Positions 1-12,100 of a stretch of 64,000 nucleotides of DNA are shown here, in pieces. This DNA is from Magallana gigas. Taxonomy: Eukaryota. Numbering within the stretch: the stretch's first letter is position 1; each line of letters starts with the position of its first letter. The position numbers and the translations under genes were made by a program. Where the stretch lies: the NCBI RefSeq assembly GCF_963853765.1, contig NC_088855.1, forward strand, positions 8,246,001 through 8,310,000, in the 5' to 3' direction. A model generated the notes under the pieces. That model saw only the letters and a list, made by a program, of their open reading frames with translations, ran no database searches and had not been told where the DNA came from.

Positions 1-107
1 GGTCCTATTTTAGGGGAAAAAAGTGTCATCCTTTTTAATAGTTTTTGAAACATCAAAACACTAAAATTATCATCATTAGAGCAAGAATCCAACTTAATGA
101 TACATAC

Positions 108-3100
108 CTCTTTGATTGGACCTTTGAGTGATAAAAGTTTGCCCACTACGTAGAAAGGTATACAGCACATGGACACAAGGGCTAGCATCAGTCCGAATCC
201 TTGAGCCCACGGAGGGTACTCGTACTCATTATTGTATTTCAAGGGTTTAAATCCAATCAGGTGAAACGCAAAAATGCCCTTTAAAACCCCACATAGATGA
301 TTTATGCATGAATTACTAAACAAGATATCAAATGAAGTAGATTATGTAATATTTTACACTTACTGTGCATACAAGAGGTGTGATGTATTTCCAACATATG
401 TGGAACCATTTGTTGATTCTGTATCCTATCATGAGTTCTATGGCATCGTTAAACTTTTCCGACCCTTCATATTGAAGAGAAAGAGCCTTGTTACATTGCA
501 CTAAGAAAGCAAAACTCTGTAATTTACTGATCATTTTATGTTGCATGTAATTCTGCAAACAATCAGATATAAGTTTACTTGATATTATTGGAAATTATGT
601 TTTAAAAGAACAGAAGTCCAGTACATGCAAGTACTTAAAATGATAAGAATAATTCCTCCTTGTGAAAATCATGTTCTCTGCGTAGTTTTTACCTTTCTTC
701 AAGGTTTATACATAAATTAAATATCAAATTTTATTTTTTATGAAAAAAGGGGGGGGGGTTAATTTGTCACATCGCATTCTAGATCAGTTCGCGACGTTAG
801 TATCAGTAAGATGGCCAAAGGCCCAAGGACCAATATTCGTCTAGGGCTGACACTTGATGTGATATAGAAAAGGGTATTTATTAATAAATGTATTTCAGTT
901 TTAAAAATAACATACCAAACACTATAAAACCTGAGCAGTGTGCCATTACAAAAAAAAAGAAAAAATAACAATCACAGAAAAAGTGATAAAATAAAAAATA
1001 AAGTATAGGTGTGCAGTTGTCATGGTTTAATCAATATATGATATGACAATAAAACTTAAATGCGTTTCACAGTAATTACTGTACAGAAATTTAAACACGA
1101 ATACATTGAATAATTTTTAAACAAAAAAGCCCACATATGTTTAAAAATTCTTCAAAATCTCAAATCCAAATTTCGAAGTGCAAACCAGCAGAGGAACTCT
1201 GCAAAAAGACTGATAAGATTCAATATTATATATCCATCAGTTTTCCCCTCTTAAAACTGTTAAATTAACACAGTGTGATCCGATTTTGTGGATCAACACA
1301 CTGTAGTTTTCCAAATCCATATCACCGCTCTCTAAAACTGATGACGTAGTACCAAATAAATAATATCGGTAATTTTTGCGTTTCAAAAGTGTTCATTGAA
1401 AGATGGTTAAGATCAGTTAATTAAGAAATAAACAGCATGTTTGACGGTTCACTTAATATGAACCTGGTTGGCCACGTGATCAAATCCTTCGAAGCCAAAA
1501 GGGTTTCTTTGGCGATTTAATCACCATCCAAGTTCATTTTACGGTGAATTTTGTAGCATTGTTGTGTATTACCTATATTTATAGGAGAGAGGCAAACCGT
1601 TTATAATTATTAACGTAATTTTGATTTTATATTTACAATAATGCAAAGGAGAAGCGCGCGTGGAAATTATTGTGGCGTCATTAATTAGTTTTCAAAAAAA
1701 AAATTGAATTATATTGTGATTATACAATGCAACGTAAAAACGTACTAGAATTAACAAAACAAAGATAATTTTGTAATCTTCATCTAATACTGGAAGGGTA
1801 AAAATACGATTCTTTTCATAAGAGAAACGTAATTCAAAGGGTCGGATCACGTTATTGCTGTGATGATGATAAATGAAAAGCTCTGCAGAATTATTATATA
1901 CTAGACTAGACTAGACTAGCCTTTCCCGAGACACAGATTATTCAAACTAAGAAAAGTGTAGTGAAATTAATAGCATTATCGTAGGCTTATAGCTTTGTTA
2001 TGTAAATGTCAATATTAAGGTGTGTCGATGTATCTATTTCGTAAATGTCCAATATGCAATGTCAACCCGTGCACGCACGGGTCAAAGTCTAGTTATATAT
2101 TTTAAAAAACCATATTTATTATACAGTATGTAATAGCTATTATTACCAAATACCCATCCAATTACGATGCTTTCCCAGAAGCATACCCAGAGTACGACTA
2201 CACCGCTGGCTGAATAGTAGTCATATAGCTGGAAGACGTACATTCCTCCCTACAAGATTGATTGATTAATCAATGAAAGATGTTCGATTAAATGTAAACA
2301 TTGAGACAAATCTTCATTGAGCCATTCCGACAAAAGGAGCATATTTGCAATTAATCAAAACAGCAGTTCTTGAATTGTATTATATCATTAAGTAATGATG
2401 ATGTCTTTATTAAGGTTTATTTTATAAAAATAGACTTCTATTTTGTCTCTTGGTGTTTTTTAAATGATTTTAGCACATTTTTAGTTTAATTTAGAATAAA
2501 TGATCATCGGCTATCTTCCTGTAATATTCTAAGCATTAATTTGCATCGAATATGTTTCTGGCCTTTCAATTTCAACATGTGCTAATTGTATCATAACACT
2601 CAAATATATATGTATACACATATGTTTCACTATTATTGTAGATACTGTGGAGGGTCAACAAATAAGCCATCAGATTGGCCTTGAACTTTTAAATGCGATA
2701 TTTTTGGTCATAAACTATTATTAAGTAAAGAAAAAATGTAAATCTTTTAGCTTAAAATTTTTAACAATTTCCCCATGTCTTTATACAGAGATCCCCGTTT
2801 AGAGGAGGTTGTTGGAGCTTAAGAATTGTTGCGACCACTTAGCACTCGTTATAGACAACCCTATCACATAAGTTCAAATTATGTAGGTATCAATACATTT
2901 CTCAATGCTGGTTATTTTGTCACCCCGTTTAAATTGTTAATAAAAAAATATGTATACTTACCCTGGACACCATTGAAAGACCCATAACAAACCATAAACA
3001 ACACAAAACCACCGTCAGAATCATTCTTCCTTTAGTCTTATACAGCTGTCGAGGAAACAAGTCGCTTATATGTGCTACCACAGATTCTACCATCACAAAC

Positions 3101-6100
3101 TAAAACAAATTCATCGAAATTAGAGCTATTCATATACTAATACATAAATGTATTCGTTAACGTCAATACACGTTGAAGTATTATATGTAACATATACATA
3201 TACATTACATTGTTCAATTTAAATGTACAGATGACAAAAATTAAGAAAGTATTAAGTTGTTTGAAATCTTCCTCATTGTATATCAATATCCTAAAAATTA
3301 CCTCACTGTCAATTCCAATAAGAATTAGCATCATAAAAAACAGAAAACCCCACAATTGTGGAAGAGGCATCATGGTGACTGCCTTGGGGTACACGATGAA
3401 AACCAATCCGGGACCTAGATTAGAAAATGAACAATTTGGTTTGGTTATAACTCGAAGTGTAGTAAGACATTTTCTCATAACAATTTTCCAACACAAATAG
3501 TTTCATGTACAAATAGTTTTAGATCGGATATATTTAGTAGTTTTTGTAATTTAAAGTTGTCATTGTTTGTTACCTGATTCGGCGACTTGGTGTATATCTA
3601 CATTCTGTTCTTGAGCCATAAACCCAAGAACAGAAAACACTGCAAAACCACTGAGGAAACTGGTACCACAATTAATTCCGGCAACAATCAACGTATGCCT
3701 GCAATATTCAGAATAGGGGCAATCAGGTTTTTCAATAAGCCACAAAACTATGATTATAAATACCTTGGCTTTGAGACATCTAACGTTTAGAAATTTATCT
3801 AAGATAACCTGGGATATTTTTAAAGAAGATATTATGCACTGACTTGTAGAAATCTGTATTAAAAGTGTTGTAGCTTCCAAGGCTGGTCATGGCTCCCAAG
3901 GCGAGAGCTGTCGAAAAGAATACCTGTGTCCCTCCGTCGATCCACACCTGTAAAAGGGCAATGTATTTAACAAACATAAATACAACAATTTGTTTTCTTG
4001 AAAACAACTCATGGAGGTTTCATGTATTAGTTTGTTTAAACCAATTGCTTTAATATAAATAACTATAAAAACGATCCAGTTTTATTTTTTTAACCTCCTA
4101 CATCAATTTAAGTAAAATAACTGAAATTTTAATACTTTTAAGTAGTGACTGACAGACCGATCACAATTAATCACCTGAGCGTCCTGTAAACGGCTAAAGT
4201 CGGGAGACAGGAAGTACTTAATTCCGTTTCCGGCTCCTGGTAAAGTCACACCACGTACCAGTAATGTGATAAGGATGACGTAAGGAAAGGTAGCCGTAAA
4301 GTACACCACCTAGCAACACAGAATATGCATCACAAACAAATAGACAGTTTGTTGATTTAGATGTTGGTTTATTTACCATTGAATCCTCAAAGACACTACA
4401 GCTTTGACAAGCTACACGAATAGCCTGTTCTATGTACATTGAAAGTATTGAATGAAACAATATGCATATGAATGTTATTCTTTTCCATAACATAAACTTT
4501 TTACAAGCATATACATGTACATGTATGTTTTCGATGAGATATTACTGACACATACCAAAACGTAAACCAGATATATATGTTAAATAAAATTAACACCCTG
4601 GTTATGTGATGTAAATAAATAGTCGACCGGCTAGCTATAAATACGTTTTAAAATGTGTTCTAACAAAGTAAATAATAGAGCGCTAAATTCGCACATATCA
4701 AATATCACTTTGAGCCTGCATGGTAAATGAAAACAATATGCATGTATTCATATTTTCTTTTCTCTCATGAAATTTGACAGATTCGTTGATCTCTTTAATC
4801 ATCAGGAGAAAACGAACCCAAGAGAAAACGTACCCAGGAGAAAACGTACCCAATTTAACGGGTACGTTTTCTCCAGGAGAAAACGTACCCGGGTACGTTT
4901 TCTCCAAGAGAAAACATACCCTATGAAAATCATAATTATACTAATTAATAGTTTTTAATATTTTTAAATAATTTTCAAATGCTACTTTTATGCATATTTC
5001 AATGCATAGATGTATAGAAATATATTCAAAGCAAATTGACTGTTCAATGTTACATCTCGTAGTACTTTCCATATATATGAATCAAACAAATATTTAAAAG
5101 ACTTGGACTTGGTTTTATTTAAGCAACTTTGTTTTATACATAATTTAAAAAAAAATGTTTTAAAAAACGCGATATCGACTTCTTCAGATACCCATCATTT
5201 AGTTCTCCAAATGAGATTCCCTTACCAAAATATTGACCTTCTGGCGATACATTCTGGCATTATTGCAGCAATACTGCAGCAACATTCTGGCAACACATTG
5301 CGGCAATGTTGCTGCAGTAGCGTTTTTCGTATGCAAATGAGATTGCGGCAATATTGCCAGAAAGATGTTGCCGCAAAAGTTTTGCCGCAACATATTGTTG
5401 CGACAACACCTTTCTGGCAATACATTGCGGCAATGTTGCTGCAGTAGCGTTTTTCGTATGCAAATGAGATTGCGGCAATATTGCCAGAAAGATGTTGCCG
5501 CAACAACACCTTTCTGGCAATACATTGCGGCAATGCTGCTGCAGTAGCGTTTTTCGTATGCAAATGAGATTGCGGCAATATTGCCAGAAAGATGTTGCCG
5601 CAAAAGTTTTGCTGCAACACATTGTTGCGACAACACCTTTCTGGCAATACATTTGCATAAGAAAAATGACATTGCAGAAATATTGGTTCAATGCATTTTC
5701 TGTGCTCTGGCATCAATGGTACAATATATGCAATATTTATAAATAATAAATGTATACAGTAAATCAGTCATGTATATTATATTAATCTACAACCAAAATG
5801 AAAAAAAAATCTTTCATTGCCACTACAGTTTTATTTTTTCAAAGATGCAAAAAGGTTACAACAAGACTAACATTTTGCATTACATTAAATTTGGACTTTT
5901 CAAAAATAAAAAATAAAAAAAAGTTTGTGATTACACAATATTAAAGAAGTAAAAAAATTATTTTATTCAATGTAACATGCACAAAATAAGTATTGAATTA
6001 AAAATATAATGTATAATATTAGAGACCTGAAACTGAAATTTCAACATGCTTATAAAGGACACCAGTTAAAATTAATAATCTTTAAATCTAACACATTTTA

Positions 6101-9100
6101 TAAAAACAATAAACACAAATATGATGAACAAATCATGATGGAAACTTGACTAAAAGTACTCAGCCAATCAGTGACAATTTGGTGCTGCAGAATAACGTGT
6201 ATTGCAGTTTGATTGACACAACGCGCACAGACGGATTGACACAACGCACACAGACGGATATGGACAAAAGTTCACTGTTTACCGTAAGCAAAGCTCAAAC
6301 CATATTGTTTACAAGTCCTGCACAACCACTTGCTGTATTACGATTGATCAAGGCATTCGTCCTAGGCATTCCAAATGTCCTTTTTTTGACAGTCTCGTGG
6401 GCATTCTGATTTCACACATAAACAATCACAAAAACAGCTATCAGAATATCACAACAATATCCACATTGGAATTCAGCACTGTTGTGTATATGTTCCTCTC
6501 CATAATCTTAAACAAATTATGCCATCATTCTTTTTTGGTTGCCAGTTGCACCATTCATTTAATCAGTAAGGTGACAGCTTTTTTCATGGTTTTCTTCAGG
6601 TCTGTGAAACACAGGGCAGACCTACTGGGAAGATAAATGGATTTCATTTAAGCACATTGGCAATTGTTTTCATATTTTAAGCAGTTCCCCTTCAACTTTT
6701 TTAAAATTACATTATAAAATTACCAAAAATATGCCACGGACCCCTTCCCCTGGCAAACTCAAATAACCGTCGGACCCCCCCCCCCCCCGAATAAAATTTT
6801 AGATCCGCGCATGGTTCTTAAACAGTGTTGAACCCATTGATATAATGGTAGATCGCAGTCTTTCGGTTTATTTTCTTCTAACAAACATGTTTAAACTGCT
6901 ATTCAATGAATATATTTTTATTGCTAAACTTACTTTTTCAAAAACGTGCTCATGCAGATGGTGCAGGGGATGTCAACACTCGATTCGTTCACTCAGATTC
7001 GTCCTCAGTTCAGCCGTTTTCACAGATAAACACTCCGTTGACAGTGGGGTTTTTTTTAACCTTGTTTACAGATAATTCCCGCATTTCAATCATTTCACCA
7101 TCTCCAGTGATGGCAGGAGGCTCGATGGCAGACAACATGGCAGCTTCGAATGTGAAAATTGGCGGCTAGCGATTTGATCGACCAATCAGCGCGCGCGTAA
7201 CTTAACATTGAAACGAAAGTAAAAGTGGAAACAAACAGCATACGAAAATTCTTAATTCAACATGCATCGAGCAGTTTAGATACTCAAATCTAAGTAGACT
7301 GATATTTTAACTTAATAAAAAAGAACACACCGTTACAAAAGAACAGACAGGTGGGTATTCACGTAAAACATGAGTGGGGGGGGGGGGGGGGGTGTGATTC
7401 AAACTGTCTTTTATAGTGAAACATCGTAATTAACCATGCATAACAGTTATATGCCATTGAAGAGAATATCACTGGATTTTTTTAATTGAGACTTTCTTAG
7501 AATAAGACTTTAATCATAAAATATTTATTAGATATAATTTTTTCGACTTATTAATTTTTTTTTGGGGGGGGGGGGGGGACGACATGTACATACAAAAGCA
7601 ATTCATGCAATTATATACCAGTTTTAGACTTGTGCTGAATGTGTAAAATTTTATAAGTCTAAATTCTGATAAAGCTTTTGCAAGCTCGGTAAGCATAATA
7701 AATCAGAGGAAAAAGACAAGTTTGTGGTAAACTTCTTGCAAATTTTGAGGTGTTATAACTGAAATTATATCTAAATAATTGACAATTTTTAACCCCCCTC
7801 CACTGCTTGGCTTCTCCTTAAATTTTAATTAAAGCAGAAATCAAATATGATGCAGTATTGCCAGATCGAATAATATATATTATGTATAAATTAGTTCATG
7901 ATTAAAATTATCAAATACATGTAGATGTTACCAGAAAATTATTTCTGGCAGTATGATACTGAGTGTAGCCAGAATATTACCAGAAGTCGTTGCAGCTAGT
8001 GGCAATATTCTAGGTGCATGTTAATATAATTTTTTACAGAAATAACTCCAATAGTATTGCCAGAATGTTGCCAGAAGTTATTGCCGCTAGCGGCAACACT
8101 CCAGCAGTATTGCCAAAATGTTACCAGAAGTTGTTGCAGCTAGCGGCAACATTTCACTAGTCTTAAAATCTGGTTTCTGGTAACAAAAATGTGTTGCTGC
8201 AATATTGCCGCAATATTGCGGCATTGTTGCAGCAATAATTTTACTTTGGTAAGGGTAATTATTTAACGGTTCCGTTCATGGTGGATTAATTGTTGACTAA
8301 TTAAAATGTTCAGGTCATGTTCGTGTATGTGTATGTTACAAATTATTGTATGCATTTAAGAACAATAGCAACAAATGATACAAATGTTCATGGTATATTT
8401 TATTTTGTTTCATTTAGGAATGTCTGTGAAAACCATTATTTAATATTTTCATAGGGTACGTTTTCTCTTGGAGAAAACGTACCCGAGTACGTTTTCTCCT
8501 GGAGAAAACGTACCTGTTAAATTGGGTACGTTTTCTCCTGGGTACGTTTTCTCCTGGGTACGTTTTCTCCAGCATTCGGCAATTGATTCATAAAATTTAC
8601 CATTTTAACCATATCTAGCTAAAATAAACTATGAAAATTTTAGCGATGTAATTATCGTCATATTTTTGTAAATGAGTATTAATTAGTGACAACCCCAGTC
8701 ATTTGATTTTATCTAAAGGCATTTTCATATAAAAAAAAAAATACAGCTGACTCGGATTCTAATATTAGGCCAGCGTTGCGCCCCCCCCCCCCCCCTCTTT
8801 TTTTAAACGTTGAATAACACACATGGAAAAAGTCATTCACATTAACAGTAAATTATTTGATTATGAAAGATATAATGATAAAATATACTGTACAAGTGTA
8901 AAAACAAAAAAATAAAAAAAAATAAAAAAATAAAAAGAAAAGCGAACATTTTGCATTTTGATAATAAAAATGAATATCTAAAAAAATTCGAACTCATGAT
9001 GCACGCATCACAAGCCCGACACTTTTTCCACTCCGCTAATGTTACGTGTTGCCGTCGATAAAGTCCTTTTAATAAAACGAAATGTCATTTCGATCAGAGG

Positions 9101-12100
9101 TCAACCAGTTTGTGATGATGTGCCATTCCACCTTAAATACGAACTAGACTTGGACCCGTGCGTTGCATATGATATCGGACATTTACGGTATAGATACATC
9201 AACCCACCGTATTGTTGACATTTACATAACCAAGCTTTAAACCTGCAATAATGCTTTTAATTTCATTACACTCTGCTTAAATTAGTTAGAATAATCTAAC
9301 TGTGTCTCGCCACAGTTAAAATGCCTCCCATATACCCGTAATATAGCAAACAACTGCAGAATCGCTCCGAAACGATTTTGGAGAAAATTAATGAAGCTAC
9401 ATTGAAAAGAATATTTAAATTATTCATAACTAACCATTTTGAGGCTGTTGATATCTTTCATCTAAAAATTTAATTCATATTAATGAAAAATTCGACACTT
9501 TTTCACCAACGTTTTTTACTTGCTTCGAATTTACACACCATGTTGACATTCGAAACTCTCGGGATTTTTCATATTAAAGTTATTTCCCGTATTTCCTTAT
9601 ATGACAAAAATTCAATGACAATTTACATGTATTTGAGTTTATCAATGCAAATGTGATATTGTGGAAACCTAAACTAAAGAGCCTCCCGTGATTTAACGTG
9701 AATGTAATGCGCATGCGCAAGATTTTAAAATCCAAAAAATCCAGATGATTTCTGGATTTTTTAAAGGCATTTTCGTTGATTATTAATTAGCGAAGATTGA
9801 TCGAGAAAAAATAAAAACAAACTAAGCTTTGACCCGTGCGTGCAAGGGTTGACATTGCATATTATATAGGACATTTACGAAATAGATACATCGACACATT
9901 GTATTGATGACATTTACCTAACCAAGCTTTAAGCCTACAATAATGCTATAAATTTCTTTTCACTCTGTTTTGTTAGAATAATCTAACTGTGTCTCGGGAT
10001 AGGCTTTCACCACGGTTGAAATGCCTCCCATATACCTATAAAACATGTATAACACGTACATGTATCTATGTCTCTGCCGTAATGTAGGCCCTGCAGAAAA
10101 TTGCAGATCGAATCGCTCCGAAAAGATTTTGGAGAAAATTCATGATGAAGTTGCATTGAATTGAACGTCAAATTATTCATAACAAACCATTTTGAGGCTG
10201 CTAATACCTTTAATTTAAAAATTTAATTCTATTGTTAAAGAATTCAACACTTTTTCACCACCGTTTTTTGCTCGCTTCAAATTCACACTCCATTTTGACA
10301 ATCGAAACTCCAGGTATTTTTCAAAGTAAATGCACTGTGTTCGAGTTATCTCCCGTATTTTCTTTGATGAACAGCTAGAATCTATAGCATATTTCCAATA
10401 AAAATTTACACGTATTGCATTATCGTTTCTGAGGTTATCCATGCAAATGTGGTATTTTGGAAACATAAACTAAAGAGCATACTGTGCTTTAGCGTGAATG
10501 TAATGCACATGCACAAAATTGTAAAATCCAAAAAATCCAGATGATTTCCGGAATTCTTTGAGGAAATTTCGTTGATTATTAATTAGGGAAGCTTGATTGA
10601 GAAAAAAACAAAACAAATTGGTTATCTTCAAGTACCAATGATGTTTAAGATATATAAAACAAAAGACAGTACTCTTCCGATTTATCGGTATTAAAGCCCA
10701 AAAATTCGAGTCTATTATTTTAATATAGTAGTATAGATATGGATTACGAAACATCTGTGGATGTGCATAGTAAACTCTATGATAAAAAAAGAAAGATTTC
10801 TATGACAAACCTTTCCACTCCATTTGACACCCCTCCAGATACAGAAATAGACAACTATCCACATCACCAACAGACAGACAGCCAGGTGAGGCACAATACC
10901 ACCACCATTTTCTATGGAATCCGAGATTTGGATAACATGGTTTCTTATTTTAAAAAAAAATCGAGGAATTCGATTTGAGACATTAAGTTTAATACCACAA
11001 AGGTCATGTCAAAATTTAAATGCGTTATCGTTACTATCGTAAAATAAAAAAATTTTAAAAGTTAACATTTGAGAAATTCGGTTTATAAAAAAATAATAAT
11101 AATTGTCCAAGAGATTTTAATCCCCCCCCCCCCCCCGGGAGCATGATTCAAAGATTCACAGAATGACAATTTAGTATTTATAGAATATGCAAAATAACCT
11201 TACGTACGAGACGTTTCTCTTTATTTATCAATATATGCAAAATATATTCACTTGACATTAGTGTTTATATCATCAACAAAAAATATCGGGAAATTATCAT
11301 CTTTTAATAAGCACTCACTGCCAAAACTCGACGGCCGGGTCTACAGCAGTTACGTTACTCAAGGAACAGTTTGTGTCGGTTGTGTTAATCAGGTTGCTGT
11401 ACAGAGTTCCATTAATCAAGCTCTTATTTTCCCATGTTTGTCCATTGCTGATTGAAGAATTGTATGTACTTCCGGATGTACAGAGGCGTCTCTGTAATTC
11501 TTCATTGGAAGATGCACATCTGTAAATCATACTTAAAGATTATCTATAAAAGCATAAGTATAAACGTCTACCAAATTTTTGCCAAAATTGATTGATTTGC
11601 TTACTTTAGGGCAAAATGAATTGAATATAGATGTAATCTTTCAATCATCTTATAAGCTGCTGAACAGCTGAAGTTTCTCATTTTAAAGGGACCTGAACAC
11701 AATTTTAACTCAAAATTTCCAAATTTTACTTTTCCATTTTGTTATGTCTAGAAAGGTTAATATTGGTATTTTTCTTAATTCCTCAAATTTTGAAAGTCCA
11801 ATATCGAGTTAAAAGTAACTTCTCGGATTTGTAAACAAAGCTCGGGTCCTGTAATTGAATTTCAATCAAATCTTTCCTTTGTTGATTTTTTTGAACCCAT
11901 TGAATTAATTAATATTGTTTTTCATGCACTATTTCAAACAAGTGATACCCTTACTTTACATTATTTGTAAACAAATACACGAAAAAGACTATAGCTTTGT
12001 TTTAAAAAGGAACTAAAAAAAACAGTGATTTTTTAAAATTTGTAATCCTGGATAAGTTCTTTCACACATTCTAATAGATATAATCCGCTTTAGATTATAT

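Larger units (their letters stand above)
5219..8255. mobile_element. Nested non-autonomous DNA transposon (CCCTTACCAAA termini, motif-rich subterminal regions; possibly CACTA/CMC-like)
   Basis: CCCTTACCAAA at 5219 and TTTGGTAAGGG ending at 8255. Both subterminal zones (5230-5700, 7930-8240) are dense in TTGCCGCAA/TTGCGGCAA/TTGCCAGAA motifs in both orientations. No clean TSD; superfamily assignment is inference. Confidence 0.6.
4805..8570. mobile_element. Foldback/composite DNA element with 126-bp inverted arms built from GGAGAAAACGTACCC units
   Basis: Arms 4805-4930 and 8445-8570 are reverse complements with 5 mismatches in 126 nt. No target-site duplication seen. Lies in SLC6-A intron 5. 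Confidence 0.75.

Noticed and set aside
4805-4930. CRISPR-like or operator-like palindromic 15-mers
   Set aside because: No spacers; they form one arm of an inverted pair with 8445-8570.
5103-5746. Six overlapping Cys/Gln-rich ORFs on both strands
   Set aside because: They are translations of the 127-bp tandem repeat; the same peptide recurs in different frames.
8985-9038. tRNA gene (also 41849-41920)
   Set aside because: Only A/B-box-like motifs; acceptor and anticodon stems cannot be formed.
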